Shown: positions 7,690-16,186 of the stretch, piece by piece | How the letters are laid out: each line of letters starts with the position of its first letter | How positions within the stretch are numbered: the first letter of the stretch is position 1 | Source of the DNA: Candidatus Aminicenantales bacterium | GTDB taxonomy: Bacteria > Acidobacteriota > Aminicenantia > Aminicenantales > JAFGAV01 | Direction of reading: 5' to 3' | Assembly: GCA_049697055.1 (NCBI GenBank) | Contig: JBAVVA010000087.1 | Location: 1 to 53,220 of the forward strand | Length of the DNA stretch: 53,220 nt | Notes under the pieces: model-generated | What the model was told of the DNA's origin: nothing | What the model saw: the letters and a program-made list of their open reading frames with translations, nothing else | The model's database searches: none | Position numbers and translations under genes: made by a program

Positions 7690-7752
7690 GCGGCGGCGGG
7701 GCGGATACACAGCCAAACGGCGCCTCGGCGAGGATTTTCCTGCTTCCCTCCT

Positions 7753-8808
7753 TCAGGCTAGGGCTGATTTTGCATAATATTTCCGCTTGAACCTCAAGGC
7801 CACGTTGACCAGGCCGATCATAACCGGGACTTCGATGAGCGGTCCGATGACGGCGGCGAAGGCCTCCCCCGAATTGATCCCGAAAACGGCCACGGCCACG
7901 GCGATGGCCAGTTCGAAATTGTTGCTGGCCGCCGTGAATGACAGGGTCGCCGCCCGGGGATAGTCCGCGCCCGCCTTGCGGCTGAGGAAGAACGAGACGA
8001 GGAACATGACGACGAAGTAGATGAGGAGCGGGAGGGCGATCCGCAGGACATCAAGGGGAATTTTGACGATGAACTCGCCCTTGAGCGAGAACATAACGAC
8101 GATCGTGAAGAGCAGGGCGATGAGAGTCAGCGGGGAGATCCGCGGGATGAACTTTGTCTGGTACCAGGTTCTCCCCTTGAGTTTGAGCAGGCTGAAGCGC
8201 GTGATCACACCCGCCAGAAAAGGCAAGCCGAGATAAATGAAGACGCTCTTGGCGATTTGCCCGATCGTTACGTCGACCGCGGTCCCTTTGAGTCCCAGCC
8301 AGGCCGGGAAAACCGTGATGAAGACGTAGGCATAGACCGAGAAGAACAGAACCTGGAAGATCGAGTTGAAGGCGACGAGTCCGGCCGCATACTCCCTGTC
8401 CCCCTGGGCCAGGTCGTTCCAGACGATGACCATGGCGATGCAGCGGGCCAGGCCGATCATGATCAGGCCGTACATGTAGTGCGGATGACCGCGCAGGAAA
8501 ACAACGGCCAGGGCGAACATCAGGAGCGGTCCGATCACCCAGTTCTGGACAAGCGATAGGGACAGGATTTTGACGTTCCGAAAAACGTCTCCTAACTCCT
8601 CGTACTTCACTTTGGCCAGCGGCGGGTACATCATCAGGATGAGCCCGAGGGCGATGGGGATATTCGTCGTCCCCGACTGGAACCTGTTGATGAAGCCGAC
8701 GACACCCGGGACGAGATAGCCCAGGCCGACGCCGAAAGCCATAGCCAGGAAGATCCACAGCGTCAGATAACGGTCGAGGAACCTGAGTTTCGTTTTTCCG
8801 AATGTCAT
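7753..8808 (-). CDS. acr3: ACR3-family arsenite efflux permease
   Basis: 351-aa polytopic membrane protein. The N-terminus [24 protein letters not shown] is typical of ACR3. It sits in an ars context. Confidence 0.9.
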   Translation of the reverse strand: MTFGKTKLRFLDRYLTLWIFLAMAFGVGLGYLVPGVVGFINRFQSGTTNIPIALGLILMMYPPLAKVKYEELGDVFRNVKILSLSLVQNWVIGPLLMFALAVVFLRGHPHYMYGLIMIGLARCIAMVIVWNDLAQGDREYAAGLVAFNSIFQVLFFSVYAYVFITVFPAWLGLKGTAVDVTIGQIAKSVFIYLGLPFLAGVITRFSLLKLKGRTWYQTKFIPRISPLTLIALLFTIVVMFSLKGEFIVKIPLDVLRIALPLLIYFVVMFLVSFFLSRKAGADYPRAATLSFTAASNNFELAIAVAVAVFGINSGEAFAAVIGPLIEVPVMIGLVNVALRFKRKYYAKSALA

Positions 8809-8881
8809 GCGTCTATCCTCTCTTTTAGACGTTCCCCCGCGGGCAAGGGCTCAGATGATCACGATTTCCGGCTCCAGGACA

Positions 8882-9364
8882 TCAGGATCCATGCTCCGCT
8901 CCTCCGGAAAAACCGCCTGGTCCGCCCGCCGCGCCGCCGGGACGTCCGAGCCCGGCACCGAACGTTTCCTCGACCCAGCGCCGGATCTCGTCTCGGCTGC
9001 GGCGGAAGCAGGCCAAAATGTCCAGCTCCGTGCCCCGGCAGGCTGCGGGGTCCTCGAAGGTCACGTGTCTGTATTCCTTTCCGCCCGGAAAAAACGGGCA
9101 TGTCTGACGGGCCTTATCGCATACCGTCACGATATAATCAAAAGGTTGGTTGATGAATTCGTCCACTCCTTTCGAACGATGGCCGCTGATGTCGATGCCG
9201 ATCTCGGCCATGACCAGGATGGCGGCCGGAAGGACCGCGGTGGCTTCCATGCCCGCCGAGAAAGCCTGGAACCGGTCGCCGTAAAGGGCGTTGACCAGTC
9301 CCTCGGCCATCTGGGAACGGGCCGAGTTGTGAGTGCAGATGAAGAGGATTCTTTTTTTATCCAT
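8882..9364 (-). CDS. arsC: Arsenate reductase, LMW-PTP / thioredoxin-coupled type
   Basis: CTHNSARSQ P-loop plus the distal Cys pair in VCDKARQTCPFF. Start at ATG 9364 with an AAGGA RBS, overlapping the arsR stop. Gly-rich C-terminal tail. Confidence 0.9.
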   Translation of the reverse strand: MDKKRILFICTHNSARSQMAEGLVNALYGDRFQAFSAGMEATAVLPAAILVMAEIGIDISGHRSKGVDEFINQPFDYIVTVCDKARQTCPFFPGGKEYRHVTFEDPAACRGTELDILACFRRSRDEIRRWVEETFGAGLGRPGGAAGGPGGFSGGAEHGS

Positions 9365-9791
9365 GATTGTCCTTTCCACGGGCGCCTCGCACCGTCTCCG
9401 CGCGCGACGTTTCGCAGACCCGCGCCCGAATATTCAGGCGAATGGAGGCGTCGAGCTTGCAGGTATCCTGGGCGGTCTCAGGCGACCCCTCGATCCGCTC
9501 CCGGAGCGCGCCGGCCAAGAGGTCCTCGACGAACGGCCGCGCCTCGGCGGAGATCCGGTAGATGATCCAGCGGCCTTGCCGGATGTCCTCGACGATCCCG
9601 GCCTCGCGCAGGATCCGCATGTGGTGAGAAACGCGCGACTGCTCCATGTCCAGAACGAACATGATCTCGCATACGCAGAGCTCGCGGCGGAGGAGGAGAA
9701 GCACAACCCGCAGCCGCGTCGGGTCCGCCAGCGCCTTGAAGATCCTGACGACGGCCTTCAGGGACGCTGGATAATTCCTTTTCTCGGCCAT
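9357..9791 (-). CDS. arsR: ArsR/SmtB-family metalloregulator
   Basis: Winged HTH (LADPTRLRVVLLLL...) and the ELCVCEI As(III)-site motif. Confidence 0.9.
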   Translation of the reverse strand: MAEKRNYPASLKAVVRIFKALADPTRLRVVLLLLRRELCVCEIMFVLDMEQSRVSHHMRILREAGIVEDIRQGRWIIYRISAEARPFVEDLLAGALRERIEGSPETAQDTCKLDASIRLNIRARVCETSRAETVRGARGKDNHG

Positions 9792-9799
9792 CGGTTCTA

Positions 9800-9843
9800 A
9801 TATATGAAGATATATTCATATATTTTTCGCAACCGCCTGTCAA
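9800..9843 (-). promoter_or_regulatory. ars promoter with a palindromic ArsR-type operator
   Basis: ATATATGAA-N6-TTCATATAT (9800-9823) lies 9 nt upstream of the arsR ATG. On the minus strand, TTGACA (9843-9838) is followed after 17 nt by TATGAA inside the palindrome. Confidence 0.5.
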
Positions 9844-9901
9844 GCCGGGCACGGTCGGCTTTGACTCTGTGGGCCTGGAGTGAAAGCCTACAGCCCGGCT
9901 T

Positions 9902-12865
9902 TCAGTAGGCGTAGGAGGAAGGGCAGATCCCCTTAAAATCGCAGTAACTGCAGTTGTGCCAGTCCGGACGGGCGGTGAAGTCCTGGCGGCGCAGCCCGTC
10001 CTCGGTCTCGCTGATCCTGTCCCGGGCCCGCTGCTTTTCCCGCTCGCCCTTGGCCGCCCGGCCGACAATGTCCGACTCGAGGTAATGGAGGCGGACCTCG
10101 GCCAAGGACTTTCCCTCTGTTTTCTCAAAGGACAGGGCGTAGAGGTCAAGCTGCAGGCTTTCCGCCGCCCGGTGGTCGGCCTCCTTCTGGTCCTTGACCT
10201 CGGCCGCCTTGAAATCGGTGATGACCGCGCCGCCGTCCGCGAGGTCCAGCCTGTCCCAGCGGCCGATGAAGCGGACCTTGCCTTCCTGCCAGCGGAAATC
10301 CGCCTCCAGCCGGTCGGGCGGCCGGCCCGCCGCGTCCTCACGCCGCCAGAACATCCGCAGCGCCCGCTCGCCCGCCTGGCGCCGCAGCTCCTCGTGCTCG
10401 CGGCTGAGGTAGCCTTCGTTCACCCACAGCCGGCCGTATTCGGCCACCAGCTCCTCCACGGCGGGGGGCTGGCCCGACATCTTCTTCTTTAGATAATAAT
10501 GAACGGCGTTGTGGAGGACGCGGCCGAAGACCAGGTTGTGGCCGGCCAGAACGGGGATGCGGAGGATATGGCGGTATTTGTAGCGGAGGGGACAGGTGAG
10601 GTAGTCGTCCACTTGAAAGAAGCTCAGGGTCAGGACGTCCGCGGGCTTGAAGGCCGGAAAGACTCCCGGCTGAAGCGTCCCTTGGGCCACCCGCCGGATC
10701 TCCTCCTCGGCCGGGGACTTCCGCGTCTCCTCCGGCATCTTGAGGATGTCCAAGGCGTCGAGGACAAAGGGCGATATCTTTTTTTGCCGCTTCAGGCCGT
10801 AATCCCTGGCCCAGGTCAAGTACAGGAAATGCTTGGCCCGGGTCATCCCCACGTAGAACAGACGGCGCTCTTCCTGAAGGGTGTTCTCGCCGGGCGGCAG
10901 AGGCTCCTTGAGCAGCTCATCCGGGAAGGGAATCTTCTCCCGCCGCTCCCGGGCGGGGAACCGGTCGGCCACCAGGCTGACCATGAATACAGCGGAAAAT
11001 TCCAGGCCCTTGGCCTTGTGGACGGTCAGCACATTGACCGCCTCTTCGTCCAGCTCGGCCTCGGCCGTGGAGGGGTTGTCGCCCATCTCCTGGAGAAGCT
11101 CCAGGTGCCGGACAAAAAGCTGCACTGAATCGTCCTCGGCCAGGTCGGAAAAATTCTTGATTTTATCGAAGAAAATACGAATGTTCTTGACCATGGCCTC
11201 GGCCCGCAGGCTCCGCTCCTCGAGCAGGGACTTGAGGAACCCGGACCTCTGCAGGAAGTCGAAGAGGAGCTGGCCGGCGTTCCGGCGGGCCGCTTCGTTC
11301 ACGTAGTGCAGAAGATCCTGGAAGAGCCGGCGGACTGCGGCGGCCGCCTCCTCCGAGATTTCCACCGGGCTGTGGCCCTCGGCGATCTGTTTGAACAGAC
11401 GGTGCAAGGGGATGTGCTTTTTGGAAGCCAGGGTCGAGATTTGGATCAGGTCATAGGCCGGCACGCGGTAAAGCGGGGAAAGGGCCAGGTAGTAGAGGCT
11501 GCGGCCGTCCTCGAAGTCGGTCAGGCTGCGGAGAAAAGAGATGAGGAGCTTGATCTCTTCCTGGGCATACAAGCCGCGGCTGCCCGAAAAGCGATAGGGA
11601 ATCTCCTTCATGTTCAAAGCTTTGAGGAACGGGTCGGCGTCCGCGTTCCGGCGGACGAGAATGGCCATGTCTCCATAGCCGAAGCCTTCCTTATGTCTTT
11701 CCAGGATGATATCCGCCACGCGGTCGGCCTCGTGGGAGACCGTGTCAAAAGCCTCCAGGAAGAGGCTGCGGGGCTGGCCAGGGACCGTGGCCTCCAGCTT
11801 TTTGTCCAAGCCCTGCTTAAACTCCAGCCGCTCTGAGTTGAGCCGGATGAGGCGGTAGGAAGCGTCCAGGATGGCCTGGTTGGAGCGGTAGTTGGTGGTC
11901 AGGATGACCTTCCGGCAGTCGGGATAGGCGCTCTGGAAGTTGAGGATATTGCTCAGCGAAGCGCCGCGGAAACGGAAGATGCTCTGGTCGTCGTCACCCA
12001 CCACGGTCAGGTTCCGGTGCCGCGCGGCCAACATCTTGAGCAGCTCGAACTGAATATGGTTGGTGTCCTGGAATTCGTCCACCAGGATGTACTTGAACTT
12101 GTTCCGGAACTCGTCCAAGACCGAGGGGCGGCTGCGAAACAGCTCGACCGCCAGGGCCAGCTGGTCCTCGAAATCGATCAGGCCCTTCTGCCGCAGCAGC
12201 CTCTGGTATTTTCCGAAAACCAGAGCTACCTCCAGATGTTTGCGCGCTGTCTCTTCCGCCTGACCGGGGCCGGGATCTTCTTTTCCCCTCAAGGACTTCG
12301 GCGGAGGCGCCACGGAGGCCGGCCGCGCCTCCCGGAGGCGTCGTCGGGCCCAGGCCCTGTACTCCCCGGGTGCGATGTCTTCCTGCTTCAGCCGGCGGAT
12401 GGCCTCCAGCATTTCCTGGATATAGCGGGCGGGAGAGCTGGGCGGCCGGAAAATGCGGAGGGGAAGGTCGAAGAGGTGCTCCCGGAAGAAGATGGCCTGC
12501 TCAACCTCATCCAGGAGATGGAAATCAAGCGGGTAGCCCAGCTCCAGGGCGTAGTTGCGCAGCATGCGCTCCCCAAAAGAGTTAAAGGTCGAGATTTCGA
12601 CGAAAGAATAGCTGTAGGGGATGAGCCGGTCCACCCGCTCTTCCATCTCATTGGCCGCCTTTTCGGTGAAGGTCACGGCCATGATCTCCTCGGGCTCGGC
12701 CATCTTGGAAGCGATAAGGTAGGCAATGCGGTGGGTGAGGACCTTGGTCTTGCCCGTGCCGGCCCCGGCGATGATCAGGAGCGGCCCCGGGCCGTGGGTC
12801 ACCGCTTGGCGCTGGCGGGGGTTCAGGTCTTCGAGGAGGGCCTGGATATCGTCCTGTCGGAACAA
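9902..12865 (-). CDS. UvrD/PcrA-type SF1 helicase fused to a C-terminal Fe-S PD-(D/E)XK (AddB/Cas4-like) nuclease
   Basis: 987 aa. Walker A AGAGTGKT and motif II VDEFQDTN. The C-terminus has CPLRYKY, GRWDRLDL, ITDFKA and CSYCDFKGIC. Confidence 0.85.
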   Translation of the reverse strand: MFRQDDIQALLEDLNPRQRQAVTHGPGPLLIIAGAGTGKTKVLTHRIAYLIASKMAEPEEIMAVTFTEKAANEMEERVDRLIPYSYSFVEISTFNSFGERMLRNYALELGYPLDFHLLDEVEQAIFFREHLFDLPLRIFRPPSSPARYIQEMLEAIRRLKQEDIAPGEYRAWARRRLREARPASVAPPPKSLRGKEDPGPGQAEETARKHLEVALVFGKYQRLLRQKGLIDFEDQLALAVELFRSRPSVLDEFRNKFKYILVDEFQDTNHIQFELLKMLAARHRNLTVVGDDDQSIFRFRGASLSNILNFQSAYPDCRKVILTTNYRSNQAILDASYRLIRLNSERLEFKQGLDKKLEATVPGQPRSLFLEAFDTVSHEADRVADIILERHKEGFGYGDMAILVRRNADADPFLKALNMKEIPYRFSGSRGLYAQEEIKLLISFLRSLTDFEDGRSLYYLALSPLYRVPAYDLIQISTLASKKHIPLHRLFKQIAEGHSPVEISEEAAAAVRRLFQDLLHYVNEAARRNAGQLLFDFLQRSGFLKSLLEERSLRAEAMVKNIRIFFDKIKNFSDLAEDDSVQLFVRHLELLQEMGDNPSTAEAELDEEAVNVLTVHKAKGLEFSAVFMVSLVADRFPARERREKIPFPDELLKEPLPPGENTLQEERRLFYVGMTRAKHFLYLTWARDYGLKRQKKISPFVLDALDILKMPEETRKSPAEEEIRRVAQGTLQPGVFPAFKPADVLTLSFFQVDDYLTCPLRYKYRHILRIPVLAGHNLVFGRVLHNAVHYYLKKKMSGQPPAVEELVAEYGRLWVNEGYLSREHEELRRQAGERALRMFWRREDAAGRPPDRLEADFRWQEGKVRFIGRWDRLDLADGGAVITDFKAAEVKDQKEADHRAAESLQLDLYALSFEKTEGKSLAEVRLHYLESDIVGRAAKGEREKQRARDRISETEDGLRRQDFTARPDWHNCSYCDFKGICPSSYAY

Positions 12866-12866
12866 T

Positions 12867-13178
12867 CTATTTCTGAGGGTTCACGATGACGATCTCATCA
12901 GGCCGCATCAGCCACAGCTTCTCCCGGGCTTCCTGTTCTACGGCCTGGGGGTTCTCTTCCAGCTGCTTGATCTCCCGCTCCAGCCGTATCCTCTGCTCTT
13001 CCAAACGCTGTTTTTCGAGGAGAAGGGACTGGTAGCCCTGGCGCGCTCGGCGGATCTCCAGGAATCCCTTCTTGCCGAAGAGGGTGGTGATGAGGAAGAC
13101 GACCAGGAACAGGGACAGGCCGGCCGCCAGCCACCGCCGGCGGCCTGAGCTTTCCCTCCGCTCCCGGATATTTCTCAC
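12867..13178 (-). CDS. ftsB: Septum formation initiator FtsB/DivIC family
   Basis: 103 aa. One TM segment, then a coiled coil and the motif EQEAREKLWLMRPDEIV. Confidence 0.75.
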   Translation of the reverse strand: MRNIRERRESSGRRRWLAAGLSLFLVVFLITTLFGKKGFLEIRRARQGYQSLLLEKQRLEEQRIRLEREIKQLEENPQAVEQEAREKLWLMRPDEIVIVNPQK

Positions 13179-14575
13179 GACAGCAGCTCCAGGCCGAGCT
13201 TCATCAGCCGGCTCATTTCCTTCTTTGATCCGGACTCGGCATAGCAGCGGATGAGCGGCTCCGTGCCGGAAAAGCGGAGCAGGACCCAGTCGTCATCGTC
13301 GAAGTCGAGCTTCAGGCCGTCGAGGGTTTCCACCCCCTTGGCCGTCCGGCTGTCCAACTTATGGGGCGGATTCTTGATCAGCCTGCGGAGCTTCTTCTCT
13401 CGCTCCGGAGTCAGGCTGATATTCTTCTGGCCGTCTACCCGTCGGCCATAGTGGCGGTAAAGGGCTTCACTGAGCTCGGTCAGCGTCTGGCCCGAGGCGG
13501 CCAGCATCTCCGCCACCAGCAGTCCGGCAAAAATGCCGTCCTTTTCCGGGAGATGATCCCGGACGGCAAGACAGGCGCTCTCTTCGCCGCCGAAGATGAT
13601 CTTCCGGCGGAGAAACAGGTCGGCCAGATATTTGAACCCGACCGGAGTTTTGAACAAGGGCAGGTCGTGCTTCCGGGCAATGCGGTCTACCAGGTGGGTG
13701 GTGGCCACCGAGCGGGCTACCCCGCCCCGCCAGCCTTTAGTGTCCACCAAATAGCTCAGGAGCAGGGCCAGGATGAGGTTCTGGTTGACCACTTCACCTT
13801 TTTCGTTCACGATGCCGAACCGGTCGCCGTCGGCGTCCGTGGCGATCCCCAGGCTGCACTTCTGCCCCACGACCAGCTTTTTGAGCTCGGCCAGGTTCTC
13901 CTCGGAGCAAGAAGGGGTCACCCCTCCGAAATAGGGGTCGATGTAGCCGTGGATTTCCTCTACCGGGATGTTGTTCTCCTCCAAAATTTCATCCAGATAC
14001 TCGCGGCTCGTGCCGAACAGCAGGTCCACGGCCACCCTCAGGCGGGAGCGCCGAATGAGCGAAAAATCGATTTTCTTCTGGATGAAGGCCAGATAGTCGG
14101 CCCGAAGGTCGATCTTCTCGATGTATTCCATCCGGGGATATGAGGGGAGGACGGAAAAACCCGGCTGAAGCCGTTTGATTTCCGCCTCGATCTCCAGCGT
14201 CTCCTGGGGCATGGCCGGCGCGCCGCTGGCCGTATTGAATTTAAGGCCGTTGTACTGGGGCGGGTTGAAGGAGGCGGTGAAGTTGATCCCGCCCTGGGCC
14301 TGGCGCCGGATGACTTGGAAGGCCTGGGCTTGGGAGGGCGCATCGCGCTCGGCCAGGTAAGTGTAGATGCCGTTGCGGGCCAGGACTTTGGCCGCTTCGA
14401 AAGCAAACCTCTCCGACAGGAAGCGCGTATCGTAGTTGACCACAATCGAGATTCGGCCCTTGGCATACTTGCGCTTCAGACAGTTGGCGATGGCCTGCAC
14501 AACCAGCCGCACGTTGTGGGCCGTGAATTCCTTGCCCATCACCGCCCGCCAGCCCGAGGTCCCGAACCTGATCAT
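13175..14575 (-). CDS. alpha-D-phosphohexomutase (phosphoglucomutase/phosphomannomutase family)
   Basis: MIRFGTSGWR N-terminus. Active-site loop TASFNP. Metal loop DADGDR. GGEES sugar loop. RFSGTEP phosphate loop. Confidence 0.85.
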   Translation of the reverse strand: MIRFGTSGWRAVMGKEFTAHNVRLVVQAIANCLKRKYAKGRISIVVNYDTRFLSERFAFEAAKVLARNGIYTYLAERDAPSQAQAFQVIRRQAQGGINFTASFNPPQYNGLKFNTASGAPAMPQETLEIEAEIKRLQPGFSVLPSYPRMEYIEKIDLRADYLAFIQKKIDFSLIRRSRLRVAVDLLFGTSREYLDEILEENNIPVEEIHGYIDPYFGGVTPSCSEENLAELKKLVVGQKCSLGIATDADGDRFGIVNEKGEVVNQNLILALLLSYLVDTKGWRGGVARSVATTHLVDRIARKHDLPLFKTPVGFKYLADLFLRRKIIFGGEESACLAVRDHLPEKDGIFAGLLVAEMLAASGQTLTELSEALYRHYGRRVDGQKNISLTPEREKKLRRLIKNPPHKLDSRTAKGVETLDGLKLDFDDDDWVLLRFSGTEPLIRCYAESGSKKEMSRLMKLGLELLS

Positions 14576-14624
14576 CTCTTCCAGAAAAACGTTAGCATAC
14601 TCGGCCCCGTCAAAGCAAACGGAC

Positions 14625-15335
14625 TCATTTTTTCTTCTTATCCACTTCGCCCGTCATGGGCACGAAACGGACATCCAACAGGCGGCGGACAAGGGGCTGG
14701 CCCCGGACCTTGGTGACCATGATCAGGACCTGCTCATCAAGCGGCCCGGCCAAGGGCATGACCAGCCGCCCCCCCTCGGCCAGCTGCTTCAAAAGCGGCT
14801 CGGGGATCCGCCCGGCGGCACTGGTGATCATAATGGCTTGGAAGGGCGCCTCTTCCGGCCAGCCGAAATAGCCGTCTCCGCACTTGATTTTTGCCCGGTA
14901 GCCAAGTTGCTGGAGAAGCTCGTCGGCCCGGACGGCCAGGTCGCACAGGATCTCGATGGAATAGACCTTGTCCGTCAGGCAGGCCAACACCGCCGCCTGG
15001 TAGCCGGAGCCGGTGCCCACCTCCAGCACCTTCTGGCCGGGCTTCAGGGCCAGACATTGGGTCATAAAGGCCACGATGTAAGGCTGGGAAATGGTTTGGC
15101 CGTCGCCGATGGGCAGGGGATAGTCCTCATAAGCCTGGTCCCGAAAGGCCGGGCCGACGAAAAGATGCCGCGGCACTTTGCCCATGGCGGCCAGGACGTT
15201 TTCATCGGTAATGTCCCGTCCGGCCAGTTGAGAGGCCACCATGTCCCGCCGCATCCGGGCATAGCCCTCCTCCTGGCCGGCCTGACAGACCAGAAAGGCA
15301 AAGATAACCAGAAAGATGCAAAATTTGAGGCGCAT
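14625..15335 (-). CDS. pcm: Protein-L-isoaspartate O-methyltransferase, possibly with an N-terminal hydrophobic extension
   Basis: Contains GQTISQPYIVAFM and LEVGTGSGYQAAVLA. The ATG at 15335 has no SD. An alternative start at ATG 15254 (MRRDMVASQL) is preceded by AGGAGGAGG. Confidence 0.85.
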   Translation of the reverse strand: MRLKFCIFLVIFAFLVCQAGQEEGYARMRRDMVASQLAGRDITDENVLAAMGKVPRHLFVGPAFRDQAYEDYPLPIGDGQTISQPYIVAFMTQCLALKPGQKVLEVGTGSGYQAAVLACLTDKVYSIEILCDLAVRADELLQQLGYRAKIKCGDGYFGWPEEAPFQAIMITSAAGRIPEPLLKQLAEGGRLVMPLAGPLDEQVLIMVTKVRGQPLVRRLLDVRFVPMTGEVDKKKK

Positions 15336-15474
15336 GGCAGTAATTATATTTATATCAAATAGATAAAATAAATCAATAGCTGATGGCAACCCTGTTCTCG
15401 GCTGTCCAGACTCTCACCCCTACGGGTGAGGGGAAAAATGGAAAAATCACCCTTTGATTCATCCCCTTAGGTGA

Positions 15475-15502
15475 TTGCCGGACAGGGGGCCGACTGTATA
15501 AT
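15475..15502 (+). promoter_or_regulatory. Candidate promoter TTGCCG-N16-TATAAT, which would give a coaD leader of about 160 nt
   Basis: Perfect -10 hexamer at 15497-15502. The leader would contain the hairpin CTTTTCGG-ctaa-CCGAAAAG (15561-15580). Confidence 0.35.
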
Positions 15503-15670
15503 GAGCGAAGCTACGGTACCAAAATGTCTCAAGACAGGAGGTTTGGCAACCCGCTCTTTCCTTTTCGGCTAACCGAAAAGCGAGGGAGCGGCGGCTTGAT
15601 TTGACAGAAATTGTTGGTGCTGAGATGAGGAGCTGTTCTTCGACTAAATCGAGGAGGGACAATTTTTGGC

Positions 15671-16171
15671 ATGAAAAACATTGCCATCTACCCCGGCTCC
15701 TTCGACCCTATCACCAACGGCCATGTGGACATCATCGAACGGGGTCTCAAAATCTTCGAGGGTATCCTGGTGGCCGTTCTGGAGAATCCGGGCAAGGATC
15801 GTCTGTTCAGCGCTGAGGAGCGTATGACCATGATCCGGGAAATCTTCTCCTCCCAGCCCAAGGTCGAGGTCCAATCTTTCCACGGGCTGTTGGTCGATTT
15901 TGCCAAAAAAAATAAGGCCCGGATTGTCATCCGAGGCTTGCGGGCCGTCTCCGACTTCGAGTATGAGTTCCAGATGGCCTTGATGAATCATAAACTCAAC
16001 CCGGACCTGGAGACATTTTTCATGATGCCCAACATCCGCTACACTTTCCTGAGCTCCAGCCTGGTCAAGGAGGTGCACCGGCTGGGCGGCTGCGTCCAGG
16101 ACCTTGTCCCTCCCTTGGTCGAGCGCAGGCTCGATGAGAAAAAAGATCAAACCCGGGGGTCTTTTTCCTAA
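15671..16171 (+). CDS. coaD: Phosphopantetheine adenylyltransferase
   Basis: N-terminus IAIYPGSFDPITNGHVDII. 166 aa. Confidence 0.95.
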   Translation: MKNIAIYPGSFDPITNGHVDIIERGLKIFEGILVAVLENPGKDRLFSAEERMTMIREIFSSQPKVEVQSFHGLLVDFAKKNKARIVIRGLRAVSDFEYEFQMALMNHKLNPDLETFFMMPNIRYTFLSSSLVKEVHRLGGCVQDLVPPLVERRLDEKKDQTRGSFS

Positions 16172-16186
16172 GCCGGAGAGAGAGCG

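Noticed and set aside
7718-7760. Weak resemblance (ggcgcctcggcgaggattttcctgcttc) to the 30-nt core of the repeat element
   Set aside because: The match is interrupted and short and partly overlaps the acr3 3' end. It cannot be distinguished from chance by eye.
9478-10341. 287-aa minus-strand alternative-frame ORF spanning arsR and the helicase 3' end
   Set aside because: The product is extremely rich in Arg, Pro, Ser and Thr. It crosses an intergenic promoter region and overlaps two well-supported genes in other frames.
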